Below, in pieces: positions 30,193 through 40,198 of a DNA stretch of 64,000 bases (the stretch's first letter is position 1; each line of letters begins with the position of its first letter). The translations under genes and the position numbers were made by a program. The stretch covers positions 52 to 64,051 of the forward strand of contig CACOJM010000007.1 in NCBI GenBank assembly GCA_902627565.1, read 5' to 3'. The DNA is from an uncultured Pelagibacteraceae bacterium (GTDB taxonomy: Bacteria; Pseudomonadota; Alphaproteobacteria; Pelagibacterales; Pelagibacteraceae). The notes below the pieces were generated by a model. It did no database searches, had not been told where the DNA came from, and saw nothing but the letters and a program-made list of their open reading frames with translations.

Positions 30193-31368
30193 TTAGCTTT
30201 TAACGTGTAGTTCTTTGGATAGATTGCAAAATAATTCAGATCCTTTATCTGTTACTCTAACTGCTTCTGAAGCTTCCACACCCCAATCACCAAATTGCAT
30301 AACAGCTATCATATGAAAACAAATATTAGGTTCTAATGGTGTCATATCTCCTTTATAAATATTTAAAGTATGCTCACCCCAGTCAGGTGGATAACCAATA
30401 CCAATTGAATAACCAGTTCTAGATGTCTTTTCTATACCGTATCTATCTAATATTTTCCAAAATGCTTGAGCGACATCGTCAACTGTATTTCCAGGTTTTG
30501 TTGCATCAATACCAGCTTGAAGTGCCTCTATTGTTTTTTTCATTGTATCGATTTTAAGTTGATCAGGTTTTCCCAGTAAAACCGTTCGAGCCATTGGTGC
30601 ATGATATCTTTTATAAACCCCTGAAAGTTCAATAATTGTTGCTTCACCTTCAACAAATTTATCTTGAGTTGCAGTCAAGTGAGAAGCTGAAGTGCCTTTT
30701 CCAGTTGGTAATAATGTTGCAATACTTGAGTATTCTCCTCCAAACTCTGGAGTTCCATAAAATAAAGCTTTTTGTATTTCTCCAACAGCATCACATTGTC
30801 TAACCCCTGGTTTGATTACATCAAAAGCTGTTTTCATTCCAATTTCTGAGATCTTTGCAGCAGATTTCATAAAAGTTATTTCAGCACTAGATTTTACCAA
30901 CCTAGCCCAATTAACTAATCTATCTGAATCTTTTATCTTTGCATTAGGTAAGCCTTGTTTAATTTTTTCATAACAAAATGCTGTAAAATAATGAGCATCC
31001 ATTTCTAAACCGATAGAAAGTTTGTCCCATTTTTTATCTTTAATTATTTTTACTAAGTAATCATAAGGATGTTTTGGCCAAGTGTGGATATAATGCTCAT
31101 CATAAACAATTATATTCTCTTTTTTAACGTATGATTTTATAAATGCTCCTCCAGCATCTTGCTTTCTAATAAAACATATTGGTTCCTCTGCATTGATATG
31201 AACTATAGCGCATTGTGCATAATAGAAAGACCATGCATCATATCCAGTTAGATAATTTATATTGTTGGTGTCATGAGAAATTAAAAGTTCAATACCTTTT
31301 TCATGCATCATTTTTTGAACTTTATTAAGTCTTTTTTTATATTCTTCTTTTGTAAAAAGCATATTCAA
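30193..31368 (-). CDS. doeA: M24 family hydrolase, ectoine hydrolase DoeA/EutD-like
   Basis: YLTGYDAWSFY, LVNWAR.VKS, RTGYSIGIGYPPDWGE typical of DoeA. Confidence 0.7.
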   Translation of the reverse strand: MNMLFTKEEYKKRLNKVQKMMHEKGIELLISHDTNNINYLTGYDAWSFYYAQCAIVHINAEEPICFIRKQDAGGAFIKSYVKKENIIVYDEHYIHTWPKHPYDYLVKIIKDKKWDKLSIGLEMDAHYFTAFCYEKIKQGLPNAKIKDSDRLVNWARLVKSSAEITFMKSAAKISEIGMKTAFDVIKPGVRQCDAVGEIQKALFYGTPEFGGEYSSIATLLPTGKGTSASHLTATQDKFVEGEATIIELSGVYKRYHAPMARTVLLGKPDQLKIDTMKKTIEALQAGIDATKPGNTVDDVAQAFWKILDRYGIEKTSRTGYSIGIGYPPDWGEHTLNIYKGDMTPLEPNICFHMIAVMQFGDWGVEASEAVRVTDKGSELFCNLSKELHVKS

Positions 31369-32111
31369 TTTTTATTAAATAATTTACCAAATCCTGTCAC
31401 AGAATTATTTTTTCCAATACTTTCTAGAGAATCCCAAATCAGTACTTGGTTACTAGACAAAACAGGTTTTTTTAATTTTTTTTCTAATTTATCAATTATA
31501 TTTAAGACTGGTAAAGCTGTACAGGAAATAAATAATACATCCGCATCATTCATTTCAATATTAGATAGTGTATCATACAAAAATTCTTGCTCTACTTTTC
31601 CAATATCATAGTCAGCTTTAATATCTAAATAAGAATTAGATGTAATTTCAAATCCTTCATTACTAAAATAACTTACAACTTCATCATTTAGTTTTTTACT
31701 ATATGGAGTAAAAATTGATATTTTTTTTACATCTAATTTTTTTAAAGCTTTAATTGCAGCTGAGCTTGGTGTTGTAAGTTTTGCTTTTGGTTTTGCTGCT
31801 TTAACTTTTTTTTCTATCGAGTCATAACCAGCTGCTATAGTACCAGATGTACAACCATACACTATACAATCAATATCCTCGTTAGGTAAAATATTATTGG
31901 TAACTTCGGTTACTTTTTCAGACATCTTTATTAAATTTTCTTTGGTAAGAGGATTGTAACATTCGATCCTATTAACAAAAAAATCTATATCTTTATTCTT
32001 AATTACATTGATAAAATCTCGCTCAATCATAAAATCTGTTGCTAAAGCAATTAATCCAATTCTTGGATTGGAATTTTTGATAAATTGAGGCTCAATTTTG
32101 TTTAATTTCAT
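31365..32111 (-). CDS. Maleate isomerase/Asp-Glu racemase family (EutA-like)
   Basis: IGLIALATD, YGCTSG, TPY, FISCTAL, PVLSSNQ. Confidence 0.8.
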   Translation of the reverse strand: MKLNKIEPQFIKNSNPRIGLIALATDFMIERDFINVIKNKDIDFFVNRIECYNPLTKENLIKMSEKVTEVTNNILPNEDIDCIVYGCTSGTIAAGYDSIEKKVKAAKPKAKLTTPSSAAIKALKKLDVKKISIFTPYSKKLNDEVVSYFSNEGFEITSNSYLDIKADYDIGKVEQEFLYDTLSNIEMNDADVLFISCTALPVLNIIDKLEKKLKKPVLSSNQVLIWDSLESIGKNNSVTGFGKLFNKN

Positions 32112-32239
32112 ATTAAATCAATATCTAGGCAGTCTAAATTAATTAAAGCTAATATAAAATAAGATAATTTGCTTGTTGAAAATCTTTATAAATGAGATTT
32201 AATTAATTTTTATAAAATGTTAACAAATAGAGGAAAATA

Positions 32240-33421
32240 ATGAAAAAACTATTTATTGCTGCATTCATTTTTGTTTCAACTTTTACAACAAATGTTTTTG
32301 CAGAGATTAAAATGGGGATCATTTTAGGATTTACAGGTCCTATTGAATCTCTAACACCGGCTATGGCTGCATCTGCAGAACTTGCTTTCAAAGAAGCTTC
32401 TGACTCAGGTTCACTATTAGGTGGAAAAAGTATTTCAGTTATAAGAGCAGATTCTACTTGTGTTGACTCAGCGGCAGCAACAGCAGCAGCTGAAGGTGTT
32501 ATTTCACAAGGTGTAGCAGCTATTATGGGTGCTGACTGTTCAGGTGTAACTGGAGCGATAGCTTCAAACGTTGCTGTACCAAACGGTGTAGTAATGATCT
32601 CACCATCAGCTACATCGCCAGGACTGACAACTTTAGATGACAAAGGGTATTTCTTTAGAACTGCTCCATCTGATGCTAGAGGTGGTCAAATTTTAGCTGA
32701 TATTACAAAAGACAGAAAAGTTAAAAGCGTTGCAATTACTTACACTAACAATGACTATGGAAAAGGGTTAGCAGATGTTTACAAAGCAGCTGTTGAAGCT
32801 CATGGTATTAAAGTAACTACTGTAACTGCTCATGAAGACGGAAAAGCAGATTATTCATCAGAGGTAGCAACTCTTGCTTCAGCAGGTGGTGATGCAGTGG
32901 CTGTAATTGGATATCTAGACCAAGGTGGTAAAGGAATTATCCAAGCCTCTTTGGACTCAGGAGCATTTGATAAATTTATTTTATCTGATGGTATGATCGG
33001 TCAGTCTTTAGTTGATGCGTTTGGAAAAGACTTAAGAAAATCTTTTGGTTCAATGCCAGGATCAACTGGAAAAGGTGCCGGAGTATTTGCTAAAGTAGCA
33101 AAAGCTGGTGGTATCGATAGTTCAGGACCTTACACAGGTGAATCTTACGACGCTGCAGCGTTAATCGTTTTAGCAATGCAAGCAGGTAATTCAACTGATA
33201 GAGCATCAATTGCAAAAAATGTAATGGATGTTGCTAACGGCCCTGGAACAAAAATTTACCCAGGTGAACTAAAAAAAGGTTTAGATTTATTGGCTAAAGG
33301 TAAGAAAGTTGACTACGAAGGTGCAACTGGAGTTACTTTTACTAGCGTCGGTGAAGCTGAAGGTTCTTTCTTAGAACAAGAAGTCAAAGGCGGAAAATTT
33401 AAGACTAAAAAACAAAGATAA
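32240..33421 (+). CDS. LIV-type ABC substrate-binding protein
   Basis: Signal peptide, GADCSGVT, ISPSATSP, FFRTAPSD, NNDYG. Confidence 0.88.
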   Translation: MKKLFIAAFIFVSTFTTNVFAEIKMGIILGFTGPIESLTPAMAASAELAFKEASDSGSLLGGKSISVIRADSTCVDSAAATAAAEGVISQGVAAIMGADCSGVTGAIASNVAVPNGVVMISPSATSPGLTTLDDKGYFFRTAPSDARGGQILADITKDRKVKSVAITYTNNDYGKGLADVYKAAVEAHGIKVTTVTAHEDGKADYSSEVATLASAGGDAVAVIGYLDQGGKGIIQASLDSGAFDKFILSDGMIGQSLVDAFGKDLRKSFGSMPGSTGKGAGVFAKVAKAGGIDSSGPYTGESYDAAALIVLAMQAGNSTDRASIAKNVMDVANGPGTKIYPGELKKGLDLLAKGKKVDYEGATGVTFTSVGEAEGSFLEQEVKGGKFKTKKQR

Positions 33422-33436
33422 TTTATCTTAAAATTT

Positions 33437-33470
33437 AAACCCCCAACATTAATTTGTTGGGGGTTTTTTT
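33437..33470 (+). terminator. Intrinsic terminator (likely bidirectional)
   Basis: AAACCCCCAACA-ttaatt-TGTTGGGGGTTT followed by a T-run. Confidence 0.88.
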
Positions 33471-33542
33471 TTAAAAAAATAAATATTTATCAGCCATATA
33501 TAAAGCCCAAGCCAATGCGGCACCTGTAATGATATATTTCAT
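33471..33542 (-). CDS. Putative 23-aa hydrophobic micropeptide (not in ORF track)
   Basis: MKYIITGAALAWALYMADKYLFF*. ATG is 4 nt after the livM stop and the stop is just before the terminator. Confidence 0.45.
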   Translation of the reverse strand: MKYIITGAALAWALYMADKYLFF

Positions 33543-33546
33543 AGTT

Positions 33547-34917
33547 TTATTTTATTTCTATTTTTTCAGGAAGTATACCCTTTGGTCTATATCTCATTAT
33601 TACCAAGAGACCTACTCCCATCATTAAAAATCTAAAGTACGGAACACTTTCAATTAAGTGTACTTTTAAAAAATGTGTATCGTCCAGTCCAGCAGTAGTT
33701 AAATTAACTAAGTAAAGACCAATTGGTGCCGCTTCAATCCATAAAAACCAAACAACAAAACCTCCAAGAATCGCACCAAAGTTATTTCCACTTCCACCGA
33801 CAATAACCATTACCCAAATTAAAAAAGTATATCTCAAGGGCCTATAACTTCCTGGGGTAAACAATCCGTCTTGAGTAACTAACATTGCACCTGCAATACC
33901 AACAATGGCTGAGCCTAAAACAAAGATTAACAAGTGTTGTTTAACCACATTTTTACCCATTGCATTAGCCGCTTCCTCATTATCTCTAATTGCTCTCATC
34001 ATTCTTCCCCAAGGAGAGTAAAGAGCTTTTTGAGTTAAGATTAATAAAATAATTACTACAACTAAAAATAATCCAGAGTAACAAAGCTTTACAAAAACTG
34101 ACGATCCTTCGATTACAAGTTGATTCAAAGCTGTTTGTCTTTCAGTCAAATCAGTAATTAGATTTAATTTACTTGAGTTAAATTTTTCGACAAGATTTAT
34201 AAACCAATCTGTTTGTTGTAAATTCACCTCATAAGGTGCAGGTCTTTTTAACCCAATTACATTCTTAACACCTCTTGTTAACCAATCTTCATGTTTTATA
34301 ATTGCAATAACAATTTCTGATATTAGCAAAGTTGCTATAGCTAAATAATCTGCCCTTAATCCTAAGGCTACTTTTCCTATAACAAAAGCTAATCCACCTG
34401 CAAAAAAAGCTCCAACAACCCAAGAAAAAATAATTGGAAGACCTAATCCTCCAAGAAAACCAGTTTTTGCTGGTTCTACATTTTCAATTGCCTCAATTCC
34501 AGGTTCTGAAATAAATCTTATGATAACAATTCCCAAAACTATGATAGCAGCTACAATGTAAGTTCTGTTTTTCGATTTCTTATAATTTTTTAAAATATAT
34601 CTAACAACCAATACCATCGCTATTATAAGAAAAAGACTAAATAAAATATTAGACCCACCTGCGCTCCAAGCCTCTTGAACTGGATCTACTGAAATTAAAA
34701 CTGCTGCTAAACCACCTAAAGCTGTAAAACCCATTATACCAAAGTTAATAAGACCAGCATAACCCCATTGAATATTGGCACCCATTGTCATTACTGCTGA
34801 AATAAGACAAAGATTAAATATTGATAGAGCAATATTCCAAGACTGGAATATACCTACAAGGATAATTAAACCCATCATTATACTGTATGCAGCAATTACG
34901 TTTAAATTTTTTCTCAC
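33547..34917 (-). CDS. livM: LIV ABC permease (LivM-like)
   Basis: WGYAGLINFG, LRADYLAIATL, SPWGRMMRAIRDNE, IVGGSGN. Confidence 0.85.
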   Translation of the reverse strand: MRKNLNVIAAYSIMMGLIILVGIFQSWNIALSIFNLCLISAVMTMGANIQWGYAGLINFGIMGFTALGGLAAVLISVDPVQEAWSAGGSNILFSLFLIIAMVLVVRYILKNYKKSKNRTYIVAAIIVLGIVIIRFISEPGIEAIENVEPAKTGFLGGLGLPIIFSWVVGAFFAGGLAFVIGKVALGLRADYLAIATLLISEIVIAIIKHEDWLTRGVKNVIGLKRPAPYEVNLQQTDWFINLVEKFNSSKLNLITDLTERQTALNQLVIEGSSVFVKLCYSGLFLVVVIILLILTQKALYSPWGRMMRAIRDNEEAANAMGKNVVKQHLLIFVLGSAIVGIAGAMLVTQDGLFTPGSYRPLRYTFLIWVMVIVGGSGNNFGAILGGFVVWFLWIEAAPIGLYLVNLTTAGLDDTHFLKVHLIESVPYFRFLMMGVGLLVIMRYRPKGILPEKIEIK

Positions 34918-35924
34918 AGCACCTTCCCTTTAAATATGCCTGATGGACGATAGAGTAATACGATAACCAGTATTGAAAAGGATACTGCAAATTTGTAATC
35001 TGTAGAAAGCAATTGAACTAAGCCATCAGGCTCCATGCTTTCAGGTAAAACATACATGAAAAATTTTCTATAAGCGTAAGTTAACAATATTTCAGAAAAA
35101 GCAATAACATAACCGCCTAGAAAGGCTCCAAATGGATTACCAATGCCACCAACTATAGCTGCAGCAAATATTGGTAGCATATTATTGAAATAAGTAAAAG
35201 GTTTGAAACTTTTATCTAAACCATATAAAGCACCACCAATCGTGGCAAGAATACCTGCTATAACCCAGGTCGTCATAACTATTTTTTTTGGATCAATACC
35301 TGATAACAATGCTAAATCTTCATTATCAGAGTACGCTCTCATACTTTTTCCAGTCTTAGTTTTATTTAAAAACCAAAATAAAGTTGAAACTAAAATCAGA
35401 GTAACAATAATTGTAAGAACTTGAGTAGATTTAATTGCGAGTCCCTCATTTAAACCTGTCATTTCTTTAAATTCACCAGCTTTAATTAAAAATTTTTCTC
35501 CATCAAAAAATCTTCTATCAGAGGGGCCAATAATTATACGAACTACTGCTTGAGTAACAAACATTACTCCAATACTTACCATCGCTAATTGTACTGGAGG
35601 ACTTTTTTTTGATCGGTAATATTTAAAGACAAATTTATCTATTATTAACATATAGCCAATCATAAAAATAACAGCAAAAGGAATTGCTAAAAGCGCTGTG
35701 GGCAGAACTCCAAGACTAATTCCAACAGACTGAAAATACCAAGTGAATAGAATTACAAACATTGTTCCAAAAGACATCATGTCTCCTGTAGCAAAGTTTG
35801 CAAATCGTAAAATTCCATAAATTAATGTTACGAAAATTGCACCTAGAGCTAATTGAGATCCATATGATAAAGCTGGAATAAAAATGTAGTTTAACAAAAG
35901 TATAATTGCGTTTACAAAGTCCAT
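34914..35924 (-). CDS. livH: LIV ABC permease (LivH-like)
   Basis: LIYGILRFANFA, TKTGKSMRAYSDNEDLA, FAAAIVGGIG. Confidence 0.85.
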   Translation of the reverse strand: MDFVNAIILLLNYIFIPALSYGSQLALGAIFVTLIYGILRFANFATGDMMSFGTMFVILFTWYFQSVGISLGVLPTALLAIPFAVIFMIGYMLIIDKFVFKYYRSKKSPPVQLAMVSIGVMFVTQAVVRIIIGPSDRRFFDGEKFLIKAGEFKEMTGLNEGLAIKSTQVLTIIVTLILVSTLFWFLNKTKTGKSMRAYSDNEDLALLSGIDPKKIVMTTWVIAGILATIGGALYGLDKSFKPFTYFNNMLPIFAAAIVGGIGNPFGAFLGGYVIAFSEILLTYAYRKFFMYVLPESMEPDGLVQLLSTDYKFAVSFSILVIVLLYRPSGIFKGKVL

Positions 35925-35925
35925 A

Positions 35926-36633
35926 TTAACCACCTAAGAAAGAGCTTCTTACACTTGGATCTTCTAGTAATTCTTTCCCTGTACCAGAATGCCGATTCTC
36001 ACCCGTTACCAAAACATATCCTCTATCAGAAATATTTAATGCTTGTTTTGCATTTTGCTCGACCATTAAAATTGCTACATTAGTTCTTTTTACTTTTACA
36101 ATATGATCAAATAGTTCATCCATCACAATGGGTGATACACCTGCAGTTGGTTCATCCAACATTAATACTGAAGGTTTAATCATGAGTGCCCTGCCTAATG
36201 CAACCTGTTGTCTTTGTCCTCCAGATAACTCACCAACTAATTGATCTTTTTTTTCTTTTAGAATAGGAAACAAATCAAAAATTTCACCAATCGTCTCTTT
36301 AAATTCAGTATTAATTAAGAATGCACCCATCTCTAAATTTTCTTGCACTGTCATACCTGCAAAAACATTTTTTGTTTGGGGTACAAATGAAATACCCTCT
36401 TTTACTCTATCCTGTGGTGAAAGTTTTGATATATCCTTGCCATTAATAATTACTGAGCCAGATTTTAGATTTAACAGACCTAACATCGCTCTCATAGCTG
36501 TAGATTTTCCAGCTCCATTAGGTCCAAGGATCGATACTATTTCTCCTCTTTCAACATTTACCGAACAAGAATTAATTATATCTGGTCCATTACCATACCC
36601 ACCAGTCATGTTATTGCCTTCAAAAAATGCCAT
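35926..36633 (-). CDS. livF: LIV ABC ATPase (LivF-like)
   Basis: GPNGAGKST, LSGGQRQ, LDEPTAG, VEQNA. Confidence 0.88.
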   Translation of the reverse strand: MAFFEGNNMTGGYGNGPDIINSCSVNVERGEIVSILGPNGAGKSTAMRAMLGLLNLKSGSVIINGKDISKLSPQDRVKEGISFVPQTKNVFAGMTVQENLEMGAFLINTEFKETIGEIFDLFPILKEKKDQLVGELSGGQRQQVALGRALMIKPSVLMLDEPTAGVSPIVMDELFDHIVKVKRTNVAILMVEQNAKQALNISDRGYVLVTGENRHSGTGKELLEDPSVRSSFLGG

Positions 36634-36634
36634 C

Positions 36635-37420
36635 TTAATTATCCTTTAATTTCGAACCTCTACCTAAATAACTTTCAATAACTTTTTCATCTTTTTTTGC
36701 ATCCTCAACTGAACCTTCGAAAAGAACTGAACCTTCTGCCATTACAATTACTGGATCACATAATCTTCCTATAAAATCCATATCATGTTCAATCATGCAA
36801 AAAGTGTAACCTTTTTCCTTATTGAGCTTTTGAATAGCTGTTCCTAGATCTTTTAGTAAAGTTCTATTAACACCCGCTCCTACCTCATCTAACAAAACTA
36901 ATTTTGCATCAACCATCATTGTTCGACCAAGTTCTAATAATTTTTTTTGTCCACCAGATAAATTTCCAGCTAATTCATTTTTTAAATGATCAAGATTAAG
37001 AAAATTAACAACCTCCATAGCCTTTTCTTTTATCTGACTCTCCTCTTTTTCGACTAATGAGGGTTTTAACAAAGCATTCATTAATTTTTCTCCTGATTGA
37101 TTTCCTGGAACCATCATTAAGTTTTCTAAAACAGATAAATTTGTAAATTCATGTGCTATTTGAAAAGTTCTCAGTAATCCTTTCGAAAATAATTCATAGG
37201 ACGGAACATCAGTAATATTTTCATTATTAAACATAACGCTACCAGCAGATGATTTTAAATTTCCAGCAATAAGATTAAATAAGGTAGTTTTACCAGATCC
37301 ATTAGGCCCAATAATACCCGTGATAGTTCCTTTTTTTACTTTAAGAGAACACTCTGATACCGCTGCTAGCCCACCAAAATATTTCGATAAATTATTAATT
37401 TCTAAAATATTTTCAGACAT
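36635..37420 (-). CDS. livG: LIV ABC ATPase (LivG-like)
   Basis: GPNGSGKTT, RTFQ, LSGGQKKL, IEHDM, YLG. Confidence 0.88.
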   Translation of the reverse strand: MSENILEINNLSKYFGGLAAVSECSLKVKKGTITGIIGPNGSGKTTLFNLIAGNLKSSAGSVMFNNENITDVPSYELFSKGLLRTFQIAHEFTNLSVLENLMMVPGNQSGEKLMNALLKPSLVEKEESQIKEKAMEVVNFLNLDHLKNELAGNLSGGQKKLLELGRTMMVDAKLVLLDEVGAGVNRTLLKDLGTAIQKLNKEKGYTFCMIEHDMDFIGRLCDPVIVMAEGSVLFEGSVEDAKKDEKVIESYLGRGSKLKDN

Positions 37421-37423
37421 TAA

Positions 37424-38191
37424 TTATTTGTTTAGTCTTTTATGAATATTATTTAAAGTATTTATTACGGATTTATAAACACCTTTTTTACTCATTTCAC
37501 TTAAACCTTGCTCATTTAATCCTTTGGGAGTTTGTGATTCTTTTACCAAATATTTTAATTCTTTTTTTGAATTTACTACCGCATCTTCAGATAGAGCTAA
37601 AAATAACGTTGTAATATATTTTTGAGAGTCTGATCTTTTAATACCTCTTTTAACTAACCATCCACTCATAACTTTTAATAATTCGTAATAAGATGCCATC
37701 ATCCCAGATGTTGACCAAAAATTTATAGAAAGTTTTTCATTTTTAATTTCAACAGTAGAACCTATTTTGTCAAAAAAATTTTTAACCTTTTTATTTGGTG
37801 GATAAATTGGAACAGGTCCTTTTTTTAAAGATATTGGTGGTAATGGAATAGCTCTCACAATATCAACCTTTGCTTTAATCATTTTTTTTAATTCTGGAAT
37901 TGTGATGGTTGAAATAAAACTTACAACTGTCTGGTTAGACTTAAATTTGAGATTTTTAATAATCTTTTCTCCAACAGTGGGTGTCACTGCTAAAAATACC
38001 CAATTACTATTATCAACTATTTTTTGATTATCTTTCTCTATAGATATCTTTTTAAATTTTTTTTTTAATCCGTTGGCAATTTTATGGTTTCGAGAGGATA
38101 TGAATATCTTACTATATTTAATTGATGATCCACATATCCCAGTGATTACTGAAGAAGCAATCTTTCCTGTTCCAATAAAACCAAGTTTCAT
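37424..38191 (-). CDS. proC: Pyrroline-5-carboxylate reductase family protein
   Basis: GFIGTGKIA Rossmann motif, VRAIP, TPKGLNEQG. Confidence 0.75.
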   Translation of the reverse strand: MKLGFIGTGKIASSVITGICGSSIKYSKIFISSRNHKIANGLKKKFKKISIEKDNQKIVDNSNWVFLAVTPTVGEKIIKNLKFKSNQTVVSFISTITIPELKKMIKAKVDIVRAIPLPPISLKKGPVPIYPPNKKVKNFFDKIGSTVEIKNEKLSINFWSTSGMMASYYELLKVMSGWLVKRGIKRSDSQKYITTLFLALSEDAVVNSKKELKYLVKESQTPKGLNEQGLSEMSKKGVYKSVINTLNNIHKRLNK

Positions 38192-38224
38192 AATTTTTAA
38201 ATTTTATTAATTTATTATGATAGA

Positions 38225-39136
38225 TTAATTTTTAAAAAATGAACCCCTAATTCTCAGTAGTTCTCTACTTAAATCTTTGTTTTCTTTAAAAGGTTTTCTT
38301 CCATGTAGCCAAAAATAATTATTTGCAACCACTGCTGCTCCTACAGGTAATTTAGTAATTACTTTGTTCTTGCTCTCCTCTAAGCAATCAGATAATTTTT
38401 GTAAAAAGTTACCTTGAGACATATTTTTTGGCTCTGGAAACTGATCAATATATGATATCTGAGGTTTGCCATTCTTGTCCTCAGAAAAAACAGGATGTTC
38501 TACTTTATAATCTACATTCTTACTTTTTGGCGAACTCCATAAAAAATTTTCTTTTCCAATTGGATCATTAAAAAGCTCATCACAATACTCCCAATCATCT
38601 AAATGAAGCATTGCTGTTTCACCACCTTCCACATTTTTTTCCTCAATTTTTGTCATTAAAAGCCAATCTGTAACTTCTTTGACATAAGTTCCATCGGTAT
38701 GAAGGTCCATATTGGTGTAAGCTTTTCTTAAATATGAGTCACTCTTGTCTTCGTGTTTCACATGAAATCTTGCATAATATTTTCCAGCCATTGAATCATA
38801 GTTAGGTATTCCAATTAAATGAGATATTGCTGTAGATAATTTTACCAAAAAAATATCATCAATACTCGCATTTTTATTTTCAGGACCAATTATAAAACAA
38901 CCAGAATTTCTATCTCTTATAATTTTGTTCATTAAAACACTAAGTTTATTTTCACTTAAATCATCTAAGCTTTTTGCGATGGTAAATCTAGTGAAAGGTT
39001 TATACTCAATAGCAGTCAAATCAAATTTTTTGAAAGGAAAAATCAGTTTTTCAATAGTTTCATTTTTGATTTTAATATCAATTATTCTAGGAGATATCTT
39101 GTTAGTTGATATTTCGAATCCAGATATATTATTCAT
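38225..39136 (-). CDS. glaH: Glutarate 2-hydroxylase (Fe/2-oxoglutarate dioxygenase CsiD/GlaH)
   Basis: EYKPF.RF, SDSYLR, LHTDGTYV, LHLDDWE, YIDQF, NNYFWLHGR, RELLRIRG. Confidence 0.88.
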   Translation of the reverse strand: MNNISGFEISTNKISPRIIDIKIKNETIEKLIFPFKKFDLTAIEYKPFTRFTIAKSLDDLSENKLSVLMNKIIRDRNSGCFIIGPENKNASIDDIFLVKLSTAISHLIGIPNYDSMAGKYYARFHVKHEDKSDSYLRKAYTNMDLHTDGTYVKEVTDWLLMTKIEEKNVEGGETAMLHLDDWEYCDELFNDPIGKENFLWSSPKSKNVDYKVEHPVFSEDKNGKPQISYIDQFPEPKNMSQGNFLQKLSDCLEESKNKVITKLPVGAAVVANNYFWLHGRKPFKENKDLSRELLRIRGSFFKN

Positions 39137-39180
39137 ATTTAATTAACTAATTTATATAAAACTTTATAATTTTCAAAGTA

Positions 39181-39504
39181 TTAAAAAAAATTGTTTACTA
39201 TACTCATTGAAATAGCTGAAAAAATTGTTGGATAAACGAAATTTTTCTTTGTTATGAAAAATATTCCAAGACTTAAAAATACTACGACTAGCCTACTTAA
39301 ATAACTTGCATCTGATAGAACACCTACTGGAAAAATAATTGTCCTAGCAATTAAAGCTGCGAGTGTTGCATATGCTAAACAATTGAACCATCTAAAAATT
39401 TTAGAGGTCTCTTTTATTTTCAATGAAGACAGTACACCTAAAAATCTTGATAAATAAGTCGCTAATGATGTTACTATTATAGAAAGCAAAACACTAATTG
39501 ACAT
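39181..39504 (-). CDS. azlD: AzlD family exporter subunit
   Basis: ATYLSRFLG, four TMs, coupled to azlC. Confidence 0.75.
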   Translation of the reverse strand: MSISVLLSIIVTSLATYLSRFLGVLSSLKIKETSKIFRWFNCLAYATLAALIARTIIFPVGVLSDASYLSRLVVVFLSLGIFFITKKNFVYPTIFSAISMSIVNNFF

Positions 39505-40198
39505 TTTTTTCTCCAACTAGATATGCTACTGAGCCACCTATGAGTCCGCCTAATAAAATGGACCACTCAGGCGAAAAAAAATAAAAAACTGGACCTAAGA
39601 TAGCACCCAAAATTACTGATAAAGTAATTTGCAATGTTTTCATTGCTCCTACCATCATACAAGTAAAATAAATTGGGTTTAAAATTGCCAAACCCATTAA
39701 CATGTCTTTATTCAAATAATCTGCAAGATAAAAACCTATAATTGTTGCTAGGATTGATACACTTAAAGTTGCTGAACCAATTCCTATCCAAAAGTCTACT
39801 CTATCTTTTTTTTCTACTGTCTCATAATTACTTTTCATAATTAACCATGCAGATACAGCAATAAAATGACAGGATAAATAATATTTCCATTTAGGTTGAC
39901 TATCGTCCATCATTAAGGGAAATAAAGATACTGCCATTGGATAAAGTCTTGCATTAACAAACCATACCGCAATAAAAATACTTAACAATGATGCTCCAAT
40001 GAGAATTGACTCTGCCATTACAAGTGAGCCAGGTAACGCATAAATCAATAATGTTGAAAGAACACTCTCATGAATATTAAAACCAACATTCTTTAAAAGT
40101 GCTCCAATTGCTACAAAGCAACATGCTAGAGCTATCGCTGGGCTATCTGTCTTAAGAATTGACTTATAGCCCCTAAAAAAAAATTCTTTTTTGATCAT
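39494..40198 (-). CDS. azlC: AzlC family exporter
   Basis: YALPG, VNARL, multi-TM. Confidence 0.75.
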   Translation of the reverse strand: MIKKEFFFRGYKSILKTDSPAIALACCFVAIGALLKNVGFNIHESVLSTLLIYALPGSLVMAESILIGASLLSIFIAVWFVNARLYPMAVSLFPLMMDDSQPKWKYYLSCHFIAVSAWLIMKSNYETVEKKDRVDFWIGIGSATLSVSILATIIGFYLADYLNKDMLMGLAILNPIYFTCMMVGAMKTLQITLSVILGAILGPVFYFFSPEWSILLGGLIGGSVAYLVGEKNVN

